From the NCBI RefSeq assembly GCF_964204645.1, contig NC_134031.1, positions 9,548,001 through 9,612,000 on the forward strand: a stretch of 64,000 nt of DNA, given 5' to 3'. The notes beneath the pieces are model-generated. The model saw nothing but the letters and a program-made list of their open reading frames with translations, was not told the origin of the DNA and searched no databases. Position numbers and translations under genes: made by a program. Within the stretch, counting starts at the first letter, position 1, and each line of letters starts with the position of its first letter. Below, one piece after another: positions 37,269 through 48,740 of the stretch. This DNA is from Tubulanus polymorphus (taxonomy: Eukaryota > Animalia > Nemertea).

Positions 37269-38364
37269 TTATTCTTTTAATTTTACTAGATAAAATCCAT
37301 TCATTAAATTTATCATCATATCCTTTATATTTCACCAAAGAATACTTTTTTCCTTTAAGAGTTTTTGTTTTCAATACTTTTTCTATTTTGTATTTTATTT
37401 CATCTGGGTTTGGCACAAGTGATAATTCTTGTTCATAGAAATAACCTAATATTTCTTCATCTTTTAGATCTTCTAGTTTATAAACAAAAGGTTTAGTTAA
37501 TATTATCTTTTTAATTTTAAATATTTCTTCTGTAAAATTAGGGGTATAACCTTTATAAAATGTTTTTCTATATTTAGAAATTCTTACGTGTTGACCAATT
37601 TTAAATTTAGGTTCACCGAAATCATGTGTAACAAATGCTCCATATAAATTATTCCAAACTATTTCTGAATTATCTTCTTTTCTAGCTTGTATAGGTTTCA
37701 TATTTATAGAACTATGTTTAGAATTATTATAATCTTTCACTAAATCATCTAATATATTTATAGACTCATCGATATAAATATATGTTTCATTAGCAGTAAA
37801 ATATTTCCACATTCTCGTTTTCAATGTTTTATTAAATCTTTCTATAATAGATGCTTTTTTATCTGAATGTGTTGAAAAATAATCTACATCGTTATCAGAT
37901 AATAGTTTTTTAAAATGTTTGTTATAGAATTCCTTACCTTCATCAAATTGTATCTTATCTGGAATAGCTTCTTTAAATATAGATTTAAAAGCATTTGTTA
38001 CTTCTATACCAGTTTTATTTTTGATTGGAATTGACCATGCCTATCGACTGAATATGTCTATAACATTCAGTATCCAGAAATATCCTTTGTTGTATTCCTC
38101 TAAGTTCTTCATGTCAATTAAATCTGCTTGCCATTGTTGATCAATATATGAAACCATAACTTTTCTTGTTAAATAAGTTTTATCCATTTTCTTGTGGATT
38201 TGATATGTTGGTTGATTTTGTAACCATGATTTTAATTCACTATATTTTATACCACCATTTTCTTTATCAGATTTAATTTTATTCCATAATTCTGAAATAC
38301 TAGAATATGATACTTCACTTTCTGGGTTATAATACAAATCTCTTAAATATTGTTCTTTTTTCAT
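37261..38364 (-). pseudogene. Retrovirus-like DDE integrase with C-terminal chromodomain
   Basis: WQADLIDM, IQFDEGKEF, IIERFNKTLK; chromo YKIEKVLK..LVKYKGYDDKFNEWI; single stop at 38041. Confidence 0.93.
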
Positions 38365-38371
38365 CTTATTT

Positions 38372-38729
38372 TAATCCATTAATATTAATCTTGGTTTATT
38401 TTCAATGACTTTATCATTTGACTTATTTGGTATGATAGGTTTGTTGTCATTGGAATCATTATTGTTATCATCAGATTTGAATTTTGATTTATATATTACA
38501 CCGGAGAATATAATAATTGTGATTAACCCAATTGTAATATATAAGTAATTATTTCTTCCACTATTAGAAGAATCAGATGGATTATTATTTGAATCAATAT
38601 CAGGTGATTCATTTATATCAGTTAATTTCTTTTTCTTAGCTTTTTTTAATTCTGAAGATCTTTTACCTAATTCTCTTGCCCATTTAATTTGTTTCTCGGA
38701 TCTAGCCTTTTCTTAACTCCATCACTCAT
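38372..38729 (-). pseudogene. Small basic/TM Polinton protein (RSEKQIKWARELG family)
   Basis: Homologous to 49673..50041 and 44940-45135. Confidence 0.6.
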
Positions 38730-39324
38730 TTATTTTACTTAATTTTTGTTCTGATTCATTTTCTGTTTCACTGTTTGGTTGTAGTACATCTGTTTCATTC
38801 TTACCTGATTTATATTCCATAGGTTTGATATTCGAAAATGTAATGACGCCAGTAGAAATTAATGTCATAACCGATCCTAATTGAAATTAAGCATAACCAA
38901 CCCATTTTTGTAATTCAGTCATAACTAAATAGTCATTTTTCAAATCACTATATAATTTATTTTCATCATCAATTGGTATTAACTGGTTACATAACTTAGA
39001 ATAACATTTGACAATACCATCTGAAATAGAATCATTTATTCGGGCTAATCTTGCTTCTTCATAAATCTTAAAATATTTTATTACTTTATCTGGTTTCATA
39101 GCATCTAATTCTTGAAAAGTTATTATTTTTCCCAAGAAATCCTTAGTTTTTCCACCGGCAATCAATAGTTCTAGATGATGCTTACAATATAAATAGTATT
39201 CATAATCTATATTACAATTAACTTGAGCACAATTAGTTACAACTGTATCTTTTTTATCACTTATACCCAAATCATCTAATGTCTTTTCAATATCAATACT
39301 ATTCTTATTAGATTTCTTTGACAT
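38730..39324 (-). pseudogene. Conserved Polinton protein (MSKKSNK... family)
   Basis: ORF 38887..39324 plus continuation past a stop; homologues at 23820 and 49133. Confidence 0.8.
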
Positions 39325-39570
39325 TTATATTAGAGAAAAAAAGCAAAAAAAATATTATAAGTACTATAAAATGATACTAGTATCTCTTTGGGTTAATACT
39401 AGTTAGTTAAAGGTAAAGAATTTTAGTATTAGTTATTGTTTTTTTAGTATTTTTTATTTGTGATATAAAGTATTCTTTTTTGAAAAGAAAATATTAAAAA
39501 TATAATAGAATTCACTAGCTAGTTGAAGTTATTTTTTTTTAAATATTTTTTATTTAAAATCTATTATTCT

Positions 39571-40237
39571 TCAACCACTCATTAAAGACTCAACATATTG
39601 TTCATTATTTGGATCATTGTTCCATAATTCAATGAATTTCTTTGCTTTATCTAATTGATCCAAATATAACTGTAAATCTAGTTTATTAGATTTGATTTGA
39701 TTTTCTTTCTTTTCTAAAGGTCTTAAATTCTTCCAACCCCAAATAAGTTTTTTATTGTATTCATCATTCATGTTAAATTTAGATATTGGTAACACGTGAT
39801 CAATATGGTAATAATCGCCATAATTATCTATATTCATTTTATCATCGAATTGAAATATAATCCATGATTTTAAGAATTCATCTGAACAACCCAATAAATT
39901 AGATAGTTTCTGAATGCGTTTCTTTGTTGAATAATTGTGTTAATCTAGATCTTAAACATTGTTTCAATCTAAAATTAAGATCTGTTTGATATCTTACTCT
40001 CATATATTCTGTCATATAATCATTGTAAGCTTCTCTATTATCTTCTCGGTATTGTTTGGTATATAGTTTAAAACAAGTTTTACAGCAATATTGAAAACCA
40101 TCTTTGCTAATCTTACGCTTACTAAATTCTGTTAAAGCTAATTTATCTAATTCACATTTAGAACACTTCTTGTAATATATATTTATAACACCAGTGTTAT
40201 TTGTAATATTGATAGTTTGTGGTTGTTCTGATTCCAT
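39571..40237 (-). pseudogene. Zn-ribbon + HNH endonuclease (frameshifted)
   Basis: KKCSKC..YCCKTC; YHIDHVLPISKF..WKNLRPLEKKENQIKSNK. Confidence 0.85.
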
Positions 40238-40384
40238 TTATTATACATATTTTTTTACTAAATTGGTTAATAATTTTAGAATCCTCTTCCATTTCTTCGA
40301 CCAACGTCATCCTTTTTCATTCCTCGTTGCTTTTGATAATTGTTTCGATTCCTTGATATCTAAATCATACCATTTACAATATCC

Positions 40385-40790
40385 GCGTCACATGCGGGCA
40401 TACAGGAGCGTTTTTGCTTAATGCGCATGCGTTAATCATAATTATATATTCATTCTATAAATTCTGTAAAATAGAAACAACACATGCGTTACATGCGTCA
40501 CATGCGGTCATTGATGCCCGGTTTTGCTTAATGCACATGTGTTAATCATAATTATATATTCATTATGTAAATAGAAACAACTGAACACATAAGATATCAA
40601 AACGTGTTCACATTAGGCAAGACCGGGCATTCAAGCCCGGTTTGGATCAATGCGCATGCGCTAATCATAATTATATATTCATTATGTAAATAGAAACAAC
40701 CGACATGAAATATCAAAACACATGTGCACTAGGCAAGACCGGGCATTCAAGCCCGGTTTGGATCAATGCGCATGCGCTAATCATAATAGA
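40385..40790. repeat. ~115-bp direct repeats containing TGCGCATGCG palindromes
   Basis: AATGCGCATGCG at ~40420, 40649 and 40765; GGCAAGACCGGGCATTCAAGCCCGGTTTGG twice. Confidence 0.8.
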
Positions 40791-41344
40791 AACGACTGAA
40801 CATAAAAATTCACCAAACAGATTTAGACAATACATTATACAAGTTGTTCAGTCGTTTCTTCCAATACATCATTTGATTTCTATAAATACAATTTATAATT
40901 ACAAGCATTTTTTCAATTGCTGGTAAATATTTAACTACATCAACAAATGTTAAACTTAATCATTGGAATCTTAATGTTTTTGAAATTCTTATATAGTTTC
41001 TTCGTCGATCTTTTGGCGATTCTTGTGTTTCTTGTGCTAATTTCTATTGGTTTGATATCCATTGCTGTTGATTCCTCAGTCAGAAAGAGTATTTTGAGTT
41101 TCTCTATCACTTCTTGATGCGTATGGCGTTTTATTAATCTAAAAGATATTAGCGGTAACTCTAGCTATCTAAAAGATATACTAAATACACTTAAATATAT
41201 CCAAAGGTTTCATATTTAATAGCCCTAATAACTACAAAAAACAGTACTTACATTTAGATTTAGAATTGTAAACTATAAACTCCTAATTTCGTTTCGAGAG
41301 ATAGAATATCCTGAGCACAATGTTACAGCGTCTGTTCATTTCCG

Positions 41345-41520
41345 GGGCGATTTCTAGAATGAACACGCCGTTGATTATGCCACGTTATCTGGTTCCGGCG
41401 CGCCTTTTCTAGAATATTCTACACGTTTCTGATTATGACATGTCATCTCTATTCAGAGTTCCCGCACACCTTTCTAGAATTTTCTCTACACGTTTGTAAT
41501 ATTATGAGTCATAATGTCTC
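41345..41520. promoter_or_regulatory. Cluster of heat-shock elements and an AP-1 site in degenerate tandem repeats
   Basis: TTCtaGAAtaTTC 41407-41419, TTCtaGAAttTTC 41472-41484, partial TTCtaGAA at 41352, TGAGTCA at ~41505. Confidence 0.55.
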
Positions 41521-41597
41521 GGCGTCATAGTAACGGCTGTAACAGCTGTGAATTTATAGATTTATTCCATAGCTCTGTACATGGAATGTATATAGGT

Positions 41598-41849
41598 TCA
41601 AATAGAATCATGTTCTAGTATAAACATCGGATCCTTGATATCAAATTCCTCAACGTATTGTTCATTATTTGGATCATTATTCCATAATTCAATAAATTTC
41701 TTTGCCTTTGTTAACTGTTCTGAATATAACTGTAAATATTCTAGTTTCAATTTATTCTCTAAATGTGTTTTAGTTTTATTGTGTCTTGCTTTTTGGGATT
41801 TATCTATATTGATATTACATGTTGGACAGTAGTACTTATTTGCTTCCAT
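41598..41849 (-). CDS. Chimeric 83-aa ORF: PolB N-terminal zinc finger + HNH-protein C-terminal tail
   Basis: First 38 aa match PolB start at 56737; LQLY..AKKFIELWNNDPNNEQYVE matches the end of 39571..39894. Confidence 0.6.
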   Translation of the reverse strand: MEANKYYCPTCNINIDKSQKARHNKTKTHLENKLKLEYLQLYSEQLTKAKKFIELWNNDPNNEQYVEEFDIKDPMFILEHDSI

Positions 41850-41928
41850 TTTTATACTAAATTTTTTATTAAAATTGATTTTAGAAGTTATTCATTTATA
41901 TTTTATTCATATATATGAATATTTTAAG

Positions 41929-42331
41929 AGTAATAGGGGATATGTTCTTTCAGGTTAAAGGTTGAATGGTCGAGTTCATTAATAACAAATATTAAAAGTA
42001 ATTTAAAACTATAATATATTTTCATAACCGTGTGTATTTCAGTTGAATAATAGAATAATTATTATTATTTGAATATATTTGATTATAAGAATTTGTGTAT
42101 TGTAAATAAATCAATTGGTCGTGGAGCGGAGCTGTAGCGAAGTGGAGCGACCAATTGATTTAATACAATATGCTTTTTAAATTATTGATATCTTAGAATA
42201 AATATTTAGTTATAATATAAAATGTACACGGTTATGAAAATATATTATAGTTTTAAATTACTTTTAATGTTTTGTTTTTAATGAACTCGACCGTTCGACC
42301 TTTGATCTGAAACAACATATTCCCTATTACT
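41929..42331. repeat. 403-bp terminal hairpin of element B with GC-rich sub-hairpin
   Basis: Arms ~41929-42036 and ~42224-42331; AATCAATTGGTCG...CGACCAATTGATT at 42109-42160. Confidence 0.93.
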
Positions 42332-42475
42332 TATAGTGATTTAAAGAATGATTATTTAGTTATGACAGAACTACAGAAATGGGTTGGATACACTTCATTC
42401 CAATTAGGTGGAATAATGACATCGATTTCTACTGGAGTTACATTTTCTAACATTAAACCTATAGAATACAAAGCT

Positions 42476-44890
42476 AAATATAGCTGCAAAGCAGCGATAA
42501 CGGGTTTTCTGAGCAGGCGTGCTATTCATAATTTGAAAAGTGGATAATAGAAATATATCATTACGGGATACGCATTTGATGTGTCAAGTCACACCAATGC
42601 GGTTTAACATAACATAATTTATAGTTATAGTCAAATTGGGGGTTACTCGGTCGTTTAGTTGTCTGTGGAGTCGAGTAGATTGGTTACCCGTCTGTTACAT
42701 TGGTTACGGAGACTCGTCAGCTTGATGAGTTGTATGTATTATGATTGTGCGCCACCTGCATTTTCCGAAATAATGTTCATATCATTATTTGAAGGGACGA
42801 TTGAAATCAATTATCAACGTACATCTGAATATGTAATAGTCCTTAGTAACTTTCTGTTGCAGAGGGCATAGAAAAGATTTTGAAATTATTTAATTAAAAT
42901 ATAAAATTTTATTTACGAAAAATAAACTATTATGGTCAGTACAAATTGAAAATTCATAGTGTATTTTAAAGAACAAGCTTACATAGCTTACAGAATTTAT
43001 CACGTACATTTGAATTTTATAAGTGATGGGTAAAAATCAACGTGTGACAGAAAAAAATGTAGTTAATTATTTAACAATATCGAAATATGTGCTCTCTTTT
43101 TAAACTAATGGAGTGATACGCAATTAATCACATGGCCTGTATTAAAAGATAGAACATACAAGTTGGATATTTATAAGTCGAAACATGTGAACAGAAACTA
43201 AAACTTTGATGTCAGTGACCAGTATGGAATTACACAACGACAATTGGCTTTAAACTCAACAAACATTATTAAAGAATGTTTCAAACAAAATGCTTTATAT
43301 GACATGAATAAACTTGTTTTACAAAACAAGAAAGTACATTTTGAACTTTTGAATGGTCGAATCCCATTTATTCACAGTAACCTGTGATGTGGCGATTCTC
43401 GGAGCCATCCTTCTTGATGACGTCACTAACAAGTGGTCACGGCCGTACGCGTGCACTCATTTCTTTGAAAATCTAGCTTCCTCGCGGAGCGGGACCTGGT
43501 GACGCTGCGCCCCACCCCCTTCGCGCTGAGAAATATCTTATTCCCATTCAGCAGAGACAGGTTCTAAAGATCATAGAGTGCATCGCTGGAGGGTTTCCGA
43601 CCCATATAATTGAATTTGGTGGTGCTCTCAATGCGGAAGTTTTTGTCATTCCGAAATAAACCGTAAAGTTTCCCAAGTCTCTGTTTATAACGCATGCGCA
43701 TTAGAAAGTGTTGGGGAAATCCTCTGTCCAGAAATTGGTCGCGAGCGCATGCGTCGCTACATGTGTATTTTTTCCTAAACTGGGTCATGTCAGAACGCTG
43801 AAACATAAAACTATAACGGAATGAACCTGCGTGAACATTAGCGCAGTGGGAAGGCGCAGTTTGTTTTGGTCACTTAATAGGATCATTTGTATTTTGGGGA
43901 ATGACAGGTGTTCAAGTGGTCTTGCCATAAGCTGAAAATCTAAGATATATATCGGTATATTAAAAAAAGGATGAATGTATTTTTCTGCTACACATTATGG
44001 ATTCGAACCTAATAGCACTTAAAAGTAAAACTTGGGGCTATCAAAGATGCTGTAACTTTTTTACTCGGCAAACAATAACCCAGCGACACTTTAATCAACA
44101 AAGTTCGTAACGCTTGAAATATGACCAGTAATTTTCGGGTTTCGAACCTGCTTATAAGATGAACCAGCGTAAATAAGATCAATATTTTTACGGGATTCGA
44201 ACCTAATGGAAACTACAGCGACTATAAGTCATTAAAGTTCACATTCAGTTCACATGTAGTACCGCATGCGCAATGTGCCGATTTCTCGACTTAGAGCAAT
44301 TACAGCACTGACTAATGCGCATGCGTTAGGTAGAAACGGAGACTTGGGAAACTTTACGGTTTTTGCCAGTAGCATGGTACGCACTAAATTCAAAATTACT
44401 TTATTACCAATATTTTCTAAGCATAGTTTCATTAGTTTCCTCATTAATTAAATTTAGACCAAACCAAATCAAATATCATAATATTTTTAATAACCTACAA
44501 GTACATTATGAACTTTTGAATGGTCTAACCCCAGTATAGTCCCCGTGATTTGGAAATTCTCGGAGCCCGCCTTTAATTACCTACTAAATGACGTCACAAA
44601 CTGTTATTCCGCCGGTGCTTGTTGTCTAACAATTCAATTCAATTCTTTCAATTTACAGTAACCTAATAAGTAATTTTAAGTTTCAAATATGATGGAAAGT
44701 ACATTCAGACAATCTGTTGGTTAAGAGAGACCGTTATTACAGTATCAATTTATACATTTCGTTTCGAAGCTGTCAGTTGCCGAATCTGAATGAAGATGAA
44801 TTTCATTTGACGAAATCGGCGGAAAATATATAATAATAATAATAATCAACAGAATTTCAAGAGGGTTTTCGACGAAAGTCAGAAAACCCT
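42476..44890 (-). mobile_element. Non-autonomous Helentron inserted in Polinton A
   Basis: AAATATAGCTGCAAAGCAGCGATAACGGGTTTTC at the left, AGGGTTTTC..GAAAACCCT hairpin at the right; Polinton gene resumes at 44891. Confidence 0.85.
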
Positions 44891-45299
44891 AAAAATAAAT
44901 CAGAAGATATTGTATCAGAACAAAAATTGAGTAAAATAAATGAGTGATGATATTAAGAAGAAACCTAGATCTGAAAAACAAATTAAATGGGCAAGGGAAT
45001 TGGGAAAAAGATCTTCTGAGTTAAAAAGAGCCAAGAAAAAGAAATTAACTGATATAAATGAATCACAGAAATTGATCTGATATTGATTCGAATGATAATC
45101 CATCTAATTCCTCTAATACTGGAAGAAATAATTACTTATTAAATATAATTCAATTGTTAAAGATTTTAGGGAGAATATGAGATTTTTAGTTTTATTTTAT
45201 AACAAAGATAGAAAATCTATGCAACAATTATATTTTTGATTTAAAACCCATGTTGTTATCCCAAAATGTCTAATTCGACAAAATGTCTTCCAATATGTC

Positions 45300-45623
45300 T
45301 CAATTTCTAATTCGACAATACTCACAGATATGATCTTTTATATTATTCTTATCATAGAATAAGAAAGGTCTTTTCCAAATAATTTCAGATTCAACTTCAA
45401 CAGAATTACTATTACTTTCATTTACATCAACATTGACCGTTGAATCATTAATTTTACACTTCTCTGAATGTTTTTTAACATAATTTCTTGAGAATGATTT
45501 ATTACAATTTGGGCACTTTATTTTAGGGGGTCTATAATATTCATCATGTTTTTTCATATGTCGAGATATATTACTTTTTCTTTGAAGTTCACCACAAATT
45601 TCACATGGTATCTTCTCTTCCAT
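45300..45623 (-). pseudogene. Zinc-finger protein fragment
   Basis: CEICGELQRKSNISRHMKKH, CPNCNK..H; T5-N6-TAAATG start. Confidence 0.6.
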
Positions 45624-45692
45624 TTATTTAGGAAAAATTTTTTTTTAAATTAATTTTTAGTGATTTGAGGTAATTTTTTTGTGTTATAAATA

Positions 45693-48600
45693 ATGGTTGA
45701 ATTAAAAGAATATAGATTATTTGTTGATTTTAGAAGACTTACAAATTATAAATCTCATAATTCACTTGTACAATTAGATAGGGAATTTAAAAATTGTGTA
45801 GATTTAAAATTAGTAAATATCAGTTTATGTAATTCTTTTTATAATATAACTGATACATCTATTGATCATAGAGGTTTTGCAGTTATTAATACGACGAAAA
45901 ATAAATGGTATCCCCTTTATTTAAAACCAGAGTTATATAATTTAGATACATTATCACAAGAAATTAATAAAAAAGCCTGGCACAAATTAGGCAGTGATTC
46001 CGAATTTAACATTAGATTTTTAAAAAGTGATAGTTCTGATAAAATAAAGATAAGGTTAACTCATGGTGAAAAATATCAATTTTTAGTTAAAATCCTATAG
46101 CTAAACTGCTAGGAATTACACCAGATAAACTTTATTCAAATGTTGATGCTACACCAAACGTAATACCTTAAACACACATTTCTATATTTATTGTAATTTA
46201 ATTGATCCTACAAAAACATTCGAAGCAACTAAAGAAACAACTTGTAATTGCAGTATAATAAATATTTTACCATTGAAAAATGTTAAACAATTTGGAACAC
46301 CAATAAATTATAATTTAGCTGAATGTGATTTCAAATCTTGTATTTCACGATTTAATAATTTCAAATTAGAAATAAGAAATCATAATGGATACTTAATTGA
46401 TTTGAATAACTTTCCTACGATATATGAATTAGTTATAAGATGTAGAGTGTAATTTTATCACTATATAAAATGAATATAACTGTTGGTCCGAGTATATGTT
46501 TTGGTATTGATTTTAAACGTGAGAAAGAAATGAAATTTGACATTAATGATGTAATTACACATATTAAAAATGTTGCATTTTCTAATGAAACAACATTTGA
46601 TTTTGAAGAAACAATAGATAAAGAAACTTTTAATGTAGAAAAGATGACCGATTTAATAAGAGAGTCTTTAAGATTTAATGAATGAAGATTTTATCATCGA
46701 TGATATTCAAAAAATAATAATTGAAATATAAACAAATGAAACTAGTAATGAAATAAATGTTGAAATAATCATAAATGAGATAACTAAATATTTTGAAGGG
46801 GGTAATTTTTTTATTAATAAATGAGTGATAATAAGTCGATAATAACTGGATTATATAATGGAGCATTACTATCAGTTGGAACTGTTGGTTATTCAATGGT
46901 ATTAAAAAAGGTATTTAAAATGGGAAGTGTTAATGTTGATAGATTTGATATCAATGATATTTTAAAATTAACATTAGCAGTTACTTTATCTAATTTAACA
47001 ATTGATTATTTAGAAAAACAAAAATATATTCCTCCTATATAAATGCATGATTTTTTTACTAAATAAATGGCATCTGCAATTATAACTATTATAGGATCGG
47101 CAATTGTTAACACTTTGGCATTTACTGGTGGTAGATATTTATTTAATCATATTGATAAAAATAGTTCATTAGGAGAACAAAGAAGACATGACTTAGCATT
47201 AGAAAAATACTATAAAGCTGCAGAAGAATATAGAGAAAAGAGGCAAAACTATATGGATTACATCAATAAAGAATTATATAATCAGAAAATTACACATAGA
47301 GATTTTCAATCAGTCGATGAAGCTATGAGTTTATATAACGCAGTAACAAATCGTGAAAAATTACATCTATATAAACCTAAATTATAAGATTATTATACAC
47401 CAAGTAGTGAACAGAAGAAATATGAAATAATTTGGATTTTAGGTCGAACAGTTATTGTATTATTTGTTCCTTATGAATTTACTAATTCGTTATTTCTTTT
47501 CTAAATAAATGGTTGATAAAGTTGATAATATTGATATTATTCCTCATGATATAAATAAAACTAAATTAAAATTATATTTGGAAAAACAAATATTAGAGTT
47601 TGAAAATGACTTAAAGATAAAAAAGAAAAAATATTTAAAAAGTAAAATTATATACTTTATATTTCATTATTAGTAGTTCAGTTACAATAAGTTCTGTAAT
47701 AACATTTCTAGCATTATTCTCACCATTAACACAAAATACATTAAAAAATACATTAGATTATATAATAAGTTTAAATGGTAATATAACAGTTGAAGAACAA
47801 GATAAATTATTAAAAGAATTAATAAATTATTACTTTTTTTATTATATAAATGGTAGATAGTTTTCCAGAAGCTTTCCAATATAATAAATCAATTAAATAT
47901 AATATTCCTACAATAGATTTTAGTAAAGATATTTCATATAGAAATGACGTTTTAAATTCATTAATCAATTTAGATATTTATGTTACTGAAACTAATAATT
48001 TTAATGCAAAGATGGAAAATAATTAGTTATTAAAATCTAATATGAAGTATTGGCAGAACCAATTAAATTTTGCAGTTTATTGTGCAACAACAGGATGTGG
48101 AATTAGTTGGAATGATCATTTGAATAATTCTAAATATAAATTAATTCAAAGTTTATTTAGATTCCATACTTATTTTCAAATACGATTAATATTAAATGAA
48201 TTAGAGGCTCCTTTACCAGGATCTAGATATTTTAAAGAATTAGATAATAATATCAATTTATCAAAGTTTTAAAATAAAATTTGCGATGAATTTAATATAG
48301 ATATAAATCATTCTGATTTTAGAACAAAACTTGGGACAATAAGGTCACTTCCTTGCCCTAAAAAGATTGTAGAGTATTGTACGCTTCCCATACCATCTAA
48401 TAGTTTTCATAATATCTATAATAATAAATTAGGTTATAGTAAAATAGAAACTTTGGATTTAGAAACATTAAATTTCAATCAATTACCGAAATTCTATGAT
48501 AATTTAAAACAAGAAAACAATAATGGTTGGGTTTATTTTATTTTAGCAAATAGTGAAGGTTTTACTAAAGCTGGTATACAAAGAATAAATCAATCAATTA

Positions 48601-48740
48601 GAACTTATTTGATATGTATTCTAGGTGCGCAAGTTAAAACAAGATCCCCAATAATTGGAAATTTAAAAACATAATTTGATACACAAAAACAATTTAAAGT
48701 TTTATTTGAAGATTCCATTCATAATGATAAAAATAGATCA
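45693..48740 (+). mobile_element. Second, more decayed Polinton structural block (penton to the 462-aa gene)
   Basis: Collinear homologues of 28407-31590 with stops and internal deletions. Confidence 0.9.

Larger units (their letters stand above)
24198..42331. mobile_element. Polinton/Maverick element B, 18,134 bp, full gene set but degenerate
   Basis: TIR AGTAATAGGGAATATGTTGTTTCAGATC (24198-24360 vs ~42169-42331); 6-bp TSD TATAGT at 24192-24197 and 42332-42337; PolB, penton, MCP, ATPase, integrase. Confidence 0.97.
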
